In this document: positions 36,722 to 47,520 of the stretch, piece by piece
Position numbering within the stretch: position 1 is the first letter of the stretch
Layout of the letters: every line of letters starts with the position of its first letter
Position numbers and translations under genes: made by a program
Assembly (NCBI RefSeq): GCF_001194135.2
Contig: NC_068992.1
Location: 56,051,591 to 56,111,767 of the forward strand
Direction: 5' to 3'
DNA: 60,177 bases
Source of the DNA: Octopus bimaculoides
Taxonomy: Eukaryota
Notes under the pieces: model-generated
The model's input: only the letters and a program-made list of their open reading frames with translations
Told to the model about the DNA's origin: nothing
Databases searched by the model: none

Positions 36722-38015
36722 CTGATGAAGATGGAATCAAGAAAGAAAGAAAAGACAAATACTGATTTATTTAATTTCACCAATTAATATTGCATCAGTA
36801 GTTAGAAATAATTTCATTAAATTAACAATTAATTCTTAAATTCTTTAAAACTTTTACTTTTTCAGTCATTGCACTGTGGTCTGGACACCGCTCCGTGGGG
36901 GGGTCTTAATTAAACAAACCAAGGCAGTACATTTTTTTTTTATAAATCTGATACTTAGTTTATTGCTGTTCTTTGCCAAACTGCTAAGTTATAGTGATGT
37001 AAACAAACCAATACTGGTGATCAAGTGATAATGAGGAAACAAATACAATGAGAAACACTCACATACGATGGACTTATTAACCCATCTACGATGGCATTTA
37101 GAGTATGGTCTGTATTCAAGGACCTGTGTGTATATGTGCGTACATGCATGTGTGTACGCGTGCATGTATGCTTATGTGTCTATACAGTAGGCCCTGTCTG
37201 TGCCTATAGTGTAGACACTCTCACACAGGGCCTACTGTACACACACACACACACATAGGCCCACCACACCATTATACTATAGAGGCTACACTCATACATG
37301 AAAAGGTTATTTTACAGAAAAGTTACACAAAGCAGTTGAAGGGTAAAAAAAAAAAAAGCATTTTAAATAACACTTTCGCTGACAACAAAGAAAGGTCAGC
37401 ACATTTGACCTCATTTAGGGCCTCCATAATAAGAGGAAGTTATCTTCAGACTGGAGAGACTGAGAACGCTTATCAGAGTAGACTTCATTAACCCCTTCGA
37501 TAGCAACTCCCACTCCTGAAACAAATCTTCCAGTTTTAGAGTGATCTAATTATAACCTTCCATCAAAATGTTAATTTATTTCAAACACCATCATAATAAT
37601 CCTTTTTACTAAACGTAAAAAGCCTGAAATTTTGGTGGGAGAAGATAAATCAATTACATCAACAACAGTGTTCCACTGGTACCTATTTTACTGATCCCGA
37701 AAAGATGAAAAGTAAAGTCAACCTCAGCAGGATTTGAACTCAGAATATGATTGAAATGCTGATCAGAATTTTGCACAGTGTGCTTGATTCTGCCAGCTTG
37801 CTGTCTTAGGCACCATCATAATATTGGAGCTCTTTTATCAAATCCATTATCTCAAAAATTACTTGAAAGAAAGGCTTTGTAGGTCTACGGAAATATAGTA
37901 ATAAAAGAACTCAAGGCACAAAGAGCAGGTCAAGGGTGCAAAAACAGGCAACAGGTTACCTTCCAATGCCTATCAGTATAGATTAGGAACTCACAAAATT
38001 ATGTTAATGACTTAC

Positions 38016-38164
38016 TTTATTGCGGGAGATCCCAGCCGAACAGCTAAAGCCAGTCTGTTTGTGGACAGCTGCTCTCATTTCTTCAACAATCACAGCACCG
38101 ACAGCAAGTTTAATATCCTCAAACTGCACGCTTGACAACCACCATAACAGATCGTTTTTGCAAT
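38016..38164 (-). CDS. POLH: POLH coding exon 4
   Basis: ttcag|(N)CKNDLLWWLSSVQFEDIKLAVGAVIVEEMRAAVHKQTGFSCSAGISRNK|gtaagt, 149 nt. Confidence 0.97.
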
Positions 38165-38199
38165 CTGAAACAGAGAGGATTGGTACACAATACATTCAC

Positions 38200-38250
<51 letters not shown>

Positions 38251-39757
38251 NNNNNNNNNNNNNNNNNNNNNNNNNNNNNNNNNNNNNNNNNNNNNNNNNN
38301 NNNNNNNNNNNNNNNNNNNNNNNNNNNNNNNNNNNNNNNNNNNNNNNNNNNNNNNNNNNNNNNNNNNNNNNNNNNNNNNNNNNNNNNNNNNNNNNNNNNN
38401 NNNNNNNNNNNNNNNNNNNNNNNNNNNNNNNNNNNNNNNNNNNNNNNNNNNNNNNNNNNNNNNNNNNNNNNNNNNNNNNNNNNNNNNNNNNNNNNNNNNN
38501 NNNNNNNNNNNNNNNNNNNNNNNNNNNNNNNNNNNNNNNNNNNNNNNNNNNNNNNNNNNNNNNNNNNNNNNNNNNNNNNNNNNNNNNNNNNNNNNNNNNN
38601 NNNNNNNNNNNNNNNNNNNNNNNNNNNNNNNNNNNNNNNNNNNNNNNNNNNNNNNNNNNNNNNNNNNNNNNNNNNNNNNNNNNNNNNNNNNNNNNNNNNN
38701 NNNNNNNNNNNNNNNNNNNNNNNNNNNNNNNNNNNNNNNNNNNNNNNNNNNNNNNNNNNNNNNNNNNNNNNNNNNNNNNNNNNNNNNNNNNNNNNNNNNN
38801 NNNNNNNNNNNNNNNNNNNNNNNNNNNNNNNNNNNNNNNNNNNNNNNNNNNNNNNNNNNNNNNNNNNNNNNNNNNNNNNNNNNNNNNNNNNNNNNNNNNN
38901 NNNNNNNNNNNNNNNNNNNNNNNNNNNNNNNNNNNNNNNNNNNNNNNNNNNNNNNNNNNNNNNNNNNNNNNNNNNNNNNNNNNNNNNNNNNNNNNNNTGA
39001 GGAGGCAGGCATGGCTATGTTGTTGAGAAGCTTCCTTCTCAACTACATGGCTTTGGGTTCAGTTCTGCTGCATGGAAGCTTGGACAAATTTCATTTACTA
39101 TAGCCCCAGGCCAACCAAAGCCTTGAGTGGATTTGGTAGATAGGAACTGTGTGGAAGACCATCATTTAACGTACATCACTTCTAAGCATAAAATGAAAGG
39201 TGTGTACACATGTGCATGCATGTGCAGTGTTGTCTGTCTTAACGTTGTGATCGTTGAAAACAAATGTGGGACTGAACCGAAAAACCATCTGGTTAGAAAG
39301 CAAGTTACTTAACCACACAGCTGGAACAAATACCACTAGGAACTTTATTTGATGCTCTAATGACTAGCAATTCACTGCCTTATAATTTAACCATTTCTAC
39401 TCAGTCATACAAGTCTAAACATAGGAGCAGCAATGAAGCATACATCTACATGTAGTCTGTCATGACAAAGTCAAGAAAGAGCAGCATAGAATATTTATCT
39501 TCAGTGTGTATCAAGAGGAAATGTTGAACTCGCTATCACAAGCTCACCAAAACACTCCTCAAATTTACAACGCTACACCTGTTTACTGCAAAGAAACTGC
39601 TTGTATATCACAGTAACTATCTATAGACAAACCAGTACTTCCCAGTGGCCTAGCCTGCCAAGATCTGAATGTTTGGCCATTACCTTAAACATGTCCAATT
39701 TTGATGTCTTGCTTTACTTTGTTAAATGAACAAGAAAATTTGGAAAAAGGGGCTTAC

Positions 39758-39993
39758 TTTTTGACATATCTGTTTTGTTAGAAGACTTATTATCTTCTGT
39801 TGACTCCCAACCAATGACATGCGTGTTAGTCAGTTGGTCTGCAAATGATGTAATGCAAGTCACATCGACAGTCTTCATTCTCTCGTCTACTATCTTTGTC
39901 AGGTCTAGATAAGCCTCGTCTATACTGGCTCTCTCCACACACTGGCAGAATTGACAGAAAACATCAATGACCTCAGCTCCAGCTTCCCTGTAC
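39758..39993 (-). CDS. POLH: POLH coding exon 3
   Basis: tttag|(K)YREAGAEVIDVFCQFCQCVERASIDEAYLDLT...DMSK+A|gtaagc, 236 nt; catalytic SIDE motif. Confidence 0.97.
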
Positions 39994-41999
39994 CTAAATG
40001 AGATGGAAGGGAAAAAATATTAAAAGAAACAAAGAAAATACAAATATAACAGGGCTCTTGAGCATTGTTATTTAACATCCATTTTTCCATGCTTGCATGG
40101 GTCAGACGGAATTTGTAGAGGAAGATTTTTTACAGCTGGATGCCTTCCCTGGCACCAAACCTCACCTCTCATTTTCAAATTGATAAAATAAGTACCAGTT
40201 GAGCATTGGCGTCAATATTATCAACTAACCTCTTCCCCACAAAATTTCAGGCCTTGTGCCCATTGTAGGAAGTATTATTTAATATCATTATTATTAAAAG
40301 GGCAGCAAGCTGACAGAACCATTAACATGCCTGGCAAAATGCTTAGCAGCATTTTGTCGAGTTCTATGTTCTGAGTTCAAATACCACGAAGATAGACTTT
40401 GGCTCTCATTCTTTTGGGGTTGATAAATTAAGTACTGAGTTCCTTTCGAGCGTTGGGCCTGATGGAGGCAAAGTGACTGAGTTCCTTTCGAGCATTGGTT
40501 AGCGTTAGGAAGGGTATCCAGGTGTAGAAAACCATGCCAAATCAGACTGGAGTCTGGCGCAGCCTTCCAGTGTGCCAGCATGGACAACGGACATTAAATG
40601 ATGATGAAACACTCGGGTTGACGTAATCGACTAGTGCTCAACCCTGAAATTTCAGGCCCTGTGCCTTTAGTAGAAAGGATTATTATTATTATTATTATTA
40701 TTTAAAAGATGGTGTAAGGTGGCGAGCTGGCAGAGTTGTTAGCACACCATGTGAAATGCTTAGTAGTATTTTGTCTGTTACTATGTTCTGAGTCGATTAT
40801 ATTGACCCCAGTGAATAACTGGTACTTAATTTATCGACCCTGAAAGAATGAAAGGCAAAGTATTAATTGAAAACTGGAGGCAGTGTAATTGGCTAGTTCC
40901 TCTCTCAAAATTGCCAGAACAGACAATGGAGCCTGGTGAAGCACCTGGCCTTACCAGCTCCAGTCAAATTGTCCATCCCATACCAGCGTGGAAAACGGAT
41001 GTTAAATGTAACGAATGATGTGTATTTGACCAATCCCAGAAAAATAAGTCACTAATTTGTATCAAATAAATCCAGTAGCTTCTAGAAATGAGCAACTAAT
41101 TTGCACTTTCTGCCAACCAAATCCACTAACAAGGCTTTAGTCAACTCGAGAATATTGTACAAGACATTTGCTCAAGGTGCTGTGACATAGGGCTGAAACC
41201 AAGACCACATGGTCAGGAGAGCATCAGAACTAATATGTCTGCTCAAGGGTTTGCAGCCAAACATATGCACAATAATGCAAATATGTAAACTTTCAGAGCC
41301 AACTCAACCGCACAGTGTCTTCTATGACATCACCATTTAATGCCACAACACACAAGTGGAGTTTGGACAGCTCCATGTCAAACTGCCCTACGCAAGCCAG
41401 CATGGAAAGCAAACTTTAAATGATGAAAATCATGATCTCCATGCTGGCAGGAGTCAGATATTCTTGGAAATACATGGTTTCAGAAAAGAGAGCCTTGATC
41501 AAGTAAACCAATGGCCAAAGGTGTTCTGGTGTCATGACCATCTTATCTTTAGAGCGTTAGGCTCACAACCACGAGGTAGTGAGTTCAATTTCCAGACCAG
41601 GCTGTGAGTTGTGTTCTTAAGCAAGACACTTTATTCCACATTGCTCCAGTTCACTCAGCTGAAGAAATAAGTTGCAACGTCACTTGTGCTAAGCTGTATC
41701 GGCCCCTTTGCTTCTCCCTTGGATAACATCGGTGGTGTGGAGAAGGGAGGCTGGCATGCAAGGGTGAATGCTGGTCTTCCACAAACAACCATGCCAGACT
41801 TGTGCCTCGGAGGGTAACCTTCTAGGTGCAATCCCATAGTCATTCATGAATGTCTTAAGATGGTAGTATTTGAGGAGATTTAGTTATTTCTAGCAGGTCA
41901 GGTGACCACCATGTTGGTCCTCATTAACAAAATGGCCATGAAAAAAGTTAAAGATCTCTTATGCTTCGACAGTTATAGTAATGTTAGTAATAGACTTAC

Positions 42000-42134
42000 T
42001 TAGTAAGGTCTGCTTTCCCTCTTAATTCTGGAATTCGTGGTAGCAGAATGTCTGGACACTTGGCTTTGGCATCTTCAGCTGTCATGCCTCGTTTAACACC
42101 AAATGCTCGGGCTTCATAGCTGACAGCAATGATT
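42000..42134 (-). CDS. POLH: POLH coding exon 2
   Basis: caacag|(V)IIAVSYEARAFGVKRGMTAEDAKAKCPDILLPRIPELRGKADLT+AA|gtaagt, 135 nt; SYEAR motif. Confidence 0.97.
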
Positions 42135-42319
42135 CTGTTGAAAAATAAATATATTTAGATTACACTTATGTATTTTATTTTGTAAGATTCCTGATGTGAA
42201 ATCGTGTGTTGAAATATTATTATACTTGGGGGTGATCATATTTTCCCAATTAAACACATGCACTATACTGCATGAGTTTAATTAGCAAAATATAGCTGTC
42301 TCCAAGCATAATAGATTTG

Positions 42320-42670
42320 ACGAGCTGGCAGAATCGTTAGTGCGCTGGGCAAAATGCTTAGCAGTATTTCGTCTGCCGTTACATTCTGAGTTCAAATTCC
42401 GCCAATGTCGACTTTGCCTTTCATCCTTTCAGGGGTCGATAAATTCAATACCAGTTACGCACTGGGGTCAATGTAATCGACTTAATTCCTTGTGGGCAAT
42501 AAAGAAATAAGAATCGTTAGCATGCTGAGCAAGATGCTTTGCAGCATTTGGTCCAAGGTCAGCTTTGCCTCTCATCCTTTCGGGGTCAATGAAATCAGTA
42601 CCAGTTATATACTGGTACTGATGTAATCAACTATCCCTCCAAAATTTCAGGTTTTGTGCCTTTAACAGAA
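42320..42670 (+). mobile_element. SINE family C, two tandem copies
   Basis: GAGCTGGCAGAATCGTTAG head, GAGTTCAAATTCC B-box-like motif, GACTTTGCCTTTCATCCTTTC..GGGGTCGAT; homologues at ~3545(-), 5395, 7745, 37660(-), 40295 and 40720. Confidence 0.85.
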
Positions 42671-43381
42671 AGGAACATTTTGCCGAACCGCTAAGTTACG
42701 GGGACGTAAACACACCAGCATCGGTTGTCAAGTGATGTTGGGGGGACAAACACATTATATATATATAAATATATACGACAGGCTTCTTTTAGTTTCCGTC
42801 TACCAAATCCACTCACAAGGCTTTGGTCGGCCCGAGGCCATAGTAGAAGACACCTGTTCAAGGTTCCACTCAGTGGGACTGAACCCAGAACCTGCGCCTA
42901 TACATTTTTTTTTCAATTTCCATGTAAAAAATATTTTTATTATCCATTTTGAATCTTTTTATAAGGAGGAATAAGTACACAAATTATTTTAGATCAGTTA
43001 TGAAGTTACTGATAGAAATGCTAGCTACTGTTAGTTAATGATAGAAAACAGGAATAACATCATGAATGAAGTATTTCAGGCTGGAAATGAGTGGCAGATA
43101 CTTCAGAGTACAGTAAATGTATATTTTCGTTCAAATATATATTTACTAGACATTTCTGAACGAAAATATGCAGGATAATATGTTAAGAAGTTAATTTAAA
43201 AAACGTGAATAAATAAGCATTACATTTGACAGACTCACCTGAATGCTAAAGGATTAAAGCAATGAAACGACAAAATTGCTAGAGTACCGGGGGGAAAATA
43301 AAAATGCTTCCTATGATATTTCTTCTGAATCTTTACATAGAGTTGAAATCCCACCAAGACTAAAACAATGAAAAATTAAAT

Positions 43382-43809
43382 GGCATAACTACAGAGTTGT
43401 ACCCCCTCCCCCACCGAATTTTCAGAAAAATGAATATATTTTAATGAAATTTTCTATGCATATATTATTTATTAGGTAGATTCCGAATATACAAAAATGT
43501 TCAGTGAAAGTGTTTTGGGATGGGGGTGGGGGACAATTTTCGGAAATTCCACCAGAGTCCACTTAAATTCCTCTTAACTTCCAGGAAAATGAATATTTTT
43601 TCGTGAAATTTTCTACAAATATACCTTGATGTATGTACATTTCGAGCATGTAGGAATTTTGAAGGAAACAATTGCAGGTTATTTTTGAGAAGTGTTCCCC
43701 ACTCGGTGGTGTCTCGGAGCAAGTCGTCCATATTTGTTTCATTTTTCTCTATTATGTGCGTATCGGGGTTAGGGTTAGGGTTAGGGTTAGGTAACTCTGT
43801 AGTTATGCC
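43382..43809. mobile_element. MITE with 17-bp TIR and 4-bp AAAT TSD (Sola1-like)
   Basis: GGCATAACTACAGAGTT at 43382-98 and its perfect inverse at 43793-809; AAAT on both flanks; (TTAGGG)n just inside the right TIR. Confidence 0.8.
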
Positions 43810-44065
43810 AAATAAATAAATAGAAATGNNNNNNNNNNNNNNNNNNNNNNNNNNNNNNNNNNNNNNNNNNNNNNNNNNNNNNNNNNNNNNNNNNNNNNNN
43901 NNNNNNNNNNNNNNNNNNNNNNNNNNNNNNNNNNNNNNNNNNNNNNNNNNNNNNNNNNNNNNNNNNNNNNNNNNNNNNNNAGGGTTAGGGTTAGGGTTAA
44001 GGTTAGGTAACTCTGTAGTTATGCCAAATAAATAAATAGAAATGTTTTAAATTTATTTTACTTAC

Positions 44066-44184
44066 ACTCCACGCTGGGTATATTGTACAACAGCACATGG
44101 TTTGCCTTTTAGGGAAGGATTGTAACGCTGTTCAACTTGCACAAAGAAGCAATCCATATCGACCAGTGCAATAACATGGCCCAT
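44066..44184 (-). CDS. POLH: DNA polymerase eta, coding exon 1
   Basis: ttcaccATGG Kozak context; MGHVIALVDMDCFFVQVEQRYNPSLKGKPCAVVQYTQRG+GT|gtaagt; Y-family motif I (catalytic D, steric-gate F). Acceptor at 44203 implies an upstream 5'UTR exon. Confidence 0.97.
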
Positions 44185-45204
44185 GGTGAAGACAGGTAAA
44201 TTCTAGAATAGATAATATATTCAATCATTATTATAATTTTTACAAAACCTGTGTCAATAACAGAACTTCCACTTTGGATCACAACTCACCACCGTCTATG
44301 TATGTATATGTGTGTGTGTGTGTTTGTCCCCCATAACAGGTATTGGTGTGTTTACGTCCTAGTGCTTATTCTATCGGCAAAAAGGACCGATAGAATTAGA
44401 ACTAGACTTTAAAAAAAAGTAAGTCTTGGGATCGAATTGATCGACTAAAACTTTTCAAGGCGGTTCCCCAGCTTGAAACAAGTAAAAGAATGTATAAAAC
44501 TATAACAATTAAAAACAAACCAAGAGGAATGTATGTCTATTTTTGAGATGAACCCAACAACTTTTGGCAATGCTTACACAAGTGTACACCCTCCTCGTAA
44601 CGTTCAGAAAAACATACGTTTCAAGGAAATCTTATACAAATACCTTTCATGATTATATCAGAATTTAATGGGGGGGGGGAACGGTGGGCGCGCAGACAGA
44701 AATTCTGACACACAAAATACAAGTTGAAATTTTGAAAAAATCGTAGTGCTCCAGTATGTGCACACGCACACAAATGTTTGTTTTTTTTACATTAAATTAC
44801 AATATAATTGTAATTGAGAAGTATTTGTAGAATAATTTCATTAAAAAATAACCATTTTTCCGTAAGTTGTGAAGAAATAAAATCGAAAAACACTTACGTA
44901 AGCATGCTCAGCTTACCTTACTTTTATCACCATATAAACAATAAAATCTGTAAAAAAAAAATAATAAAAAGGAAAATTTCATTTNNNNNNNNNNNNNNNN
45001 NNNNNNNNNNNNNNNNNNNNNNNNNNNNNNNNNNNNNNNNNNNNNNNNNNNNATTATAATATCTGTTGCAAGTGACTCACGTAGTGTGTCTAAATAATTT
45101 TAAAAAAATTTTTTTATATATACTTCATTTACCTTTACAATAAATGATTTACATACAATATATTAACATAAATTAGATTGGGGCGTTTCCTATTACATGT
45201 TTAA

Positions 45205-45390
45205 CGGGTACTACTAAAGCAGCACGGACCCGAACGCGCAGTCGCGCTAGCTAGTTTTGAGTGGTCGATCCTAACCCACCGCGTGTGCAAATGAATACGT
45301 GTTTAGGGTTAGGGTTAGGGTTAGGGTCGACCACTCACGACTAGCTAGCGCGACTGCGCGTTCGGGACCGTGCTGCTTTAGTAGTACCTG
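45205..45390. mobile_element. Palindromic MITE with ~73-bp arms and (TTAGGG)4 core
   Basis: Arms 45205-45277 and 45318-45390 are inverse with 5 mismatches; TTTAA direct repeat on both flanks. Confidence 0.85.
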
Positions 45391-46029
45391 TTTAACGATC
45401 TCTTCACGATTAAATCCGAAAGTTTGTTAAAGTTGCGAAATAATTGAAACTTTAACTTTTTTATGTATTGAAAGAATGCCAATAAATAATGAGAACTTAC
45501 ATGTGCAGAAAATAAAACATGATTAAAATTATGAAAATTTGTATATACACACTGTTATTTAAAAGTTTGATTCAACTTTATTAAATAATCATGTAACTTG
45601 CTTTTATGTGTTGAGTGTCTATTTCTTTCGTTTGCCTCCCCCACTCCTCTGGCTCTCTCATCAAATTCTGATATAATCGTAATTTACACACACTGAAAAA
45701 TACTTGAAGAAAATTTCATTAAAAATACTTATTTTCTGAAAGCTAGAAGGACACAAAGTCAACCCGTGTGAATTTTCAGAAACTATCCTTCACACCCACA
45801 AAATGTTTTGGTTTTGGAAACGAAAATCAGAAAAAAAAATAGCGCAACGGGTGTAAAAAAAAAAATGTGTAGGAAACGAATAGGGGTGAATAGGCATGCC
45901 GCTAGAATACCAAAGAAGCTTCGACCACATGTTGGGGTCGAGTTGGGACAGAGCCTGGAAGACGTCCTGTCACGATGGCTGCTGAATGGATAAGAGATAC
46001 GTGTTGTCGTCACCGCTGCTAGAGAGAAA

Positions 46030-46165
46030 AGAGATTGGACGCTATAGCTTTCTCTCCACCTATTGCATTGCGCATGCGTGCTCGGAAACTTTCGCTGACG
46101 TCAAGTCCCTTGCACATGCGCAATGGCACTTCCCAAGATGGCGGCCACACGCGCCACTACAACTT
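46030..46165. promoter_or_regulatory. CpG-rich housekeeping-type promoter, probably for POLH
   Basis: ATTGG 46034-38, TGCGCATGCG 46069-78, TGACGTCA 46096-103, TGCACATGCGCA 46111-22, CAAGATGGCGGC 46134-45, ACTACAACT 46156-64. CpG-rich in a CpG-poor background, ~1.9 kb upstream of the POLH ATG. Confidence 0.7.
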
Positions 46166-46627
46166 TTTAGGATTTTAATGTGAATAAAGTTTTTAAAGAT
46201 TATGGGATCAAAAGTTACTAATGAGGTTATTGTATTTAAATATTTTGGTTTATGTACTGGCAGGTTTTGATAAGCTTTCTTTTTACAAATGAAGTGGCAA
46301 TAGTAAAGAATGTTGATATAAAAAAGATAATTAAATAACAAACACTGATAAAAGATGTTCAATATCAGTGCAAAAAAATAATGAACCATGTAGATGAGGT
46401 TATGGCCATAGCGTTACCTGGTGTTCACTGTAAACACTTGCAGTAGAAACAACCAGAAAAGTTTTCTTTAACAAATATGGCAGCCATGAAGAATGTTAAC
46501 AGTATAAAAAAAATAAAAATAGCACTGAAGCAGGCTCTAATTCCCCTTACTGTAATTTTATTCGTCTTTGTTGAGGGTATGGCTAATAAATGTGTGCCAA
46601 ACCACTTAAAACACATGGGAAGAGACA

Positions 46628-46970
46628 TCATCATCGTCGTTTAACGTCCGCTTTCCATGCTAACATGGGTTGGATGGTTTGACTGAGGACTGGTGGACCA
46701 GGAGGCAACACCAGGCTCCAATCTGATTTGGCAGAGTTTCTACAGCTGGATGCCATTCCTAACGCCAACCACTCCGAGAGTGTAGTGGGTGCTTTTACGT
46801 GCCACCAGCAGGAAGGGCCAGTCAGGCGGTACTGGCGACAGCCACGCTCGAAATGGTGTATTTTACGTGCCACTTGCACAGGAGCTAGTCCTGCGGCACT
46901 GGCAACGATCTCGCTAGAATGTCCCTTCACGTGCCAGGGAAGCGACGTTGGTAACGATCAACAGTAATAA
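46628..46970 (-). mobile_element. SINE family B, longest copy in the window
   Basis: (GAT)n tail and three internal GTGGCACGT(A/G)AA subunits. Confidence 0.88.
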
Positions 46971-47464
46971 AATGTAAGGTTTAGTGAGTAAATGACATGC
47001 ACTACGGCAAAGTTAGCCTTGGACCAAGCACTGAAGGCACTGGGTGTCCTAGGACATACGGAAATTTTTTAAATGTTTCACAAAACTGATGCAATAAAAA
47101 AACAGTGAAGCCATAGGAAAACCAGCATAATACCCAATATATTTCCAGGGTGTATAGGTGTGGATGACAGTAACCAGTTGCTGTACAATTTTTCTGTTTT
47201 GGGCAGCAAACAATATAAGCCATTTAGGCCACATTACCCCTGTGACCCCCACCATGTCACTAACCCTTATCTTGGTTAACTTTGTCCTAACCCTTATTTT
47301 AGTTAACTATCCTAACCTTTATTTTGGCTGTTTGTCCTAAGCCTTACTTGGGCTAACCGTTTATGTGGACTCTGTCACCCCCTTGTGAAACTCCACGTCT
47401 ATCCATCCTAAGGAAAAAAGCCGAAAATTCCTTTTATAATTACATTTTCCTGCATATTCCATGT

Positions 47465-47520
47465 TAATTTTAGGGTGCATCCTATATGCTGGTGCGTCTT
47501 ATATGCCACAAAATACAGTA
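47465..47520 (+). mobile_element. pogo-type terminal inverted repeat remnant
   Basis: GGGTGCATCCTATATGCTGGTGCGTCTTATATGCCACAAAATACAG|TA, with a TA flank. Confidence 0.55.

Larger units (their letters stand above)
1814..45052. other. Assembly gaps (12 N-runs)
   Basis: N at 1814-2097, 3284-3401, 10952-11448, 23599-608, 23825-834, 24064-073, 28728-827, 30197-752, 33197-206, 38251-997, 43829-980 and 44985-45052; none interrupts a modelled exon. Confidence 0.98.

Noticed and set aside
43981-44043. Second MITE terminus or true telomere end
   Set aside because: It duplicates 43770-43828 across a gap (likely assembly overlap); tracts are short and internal.
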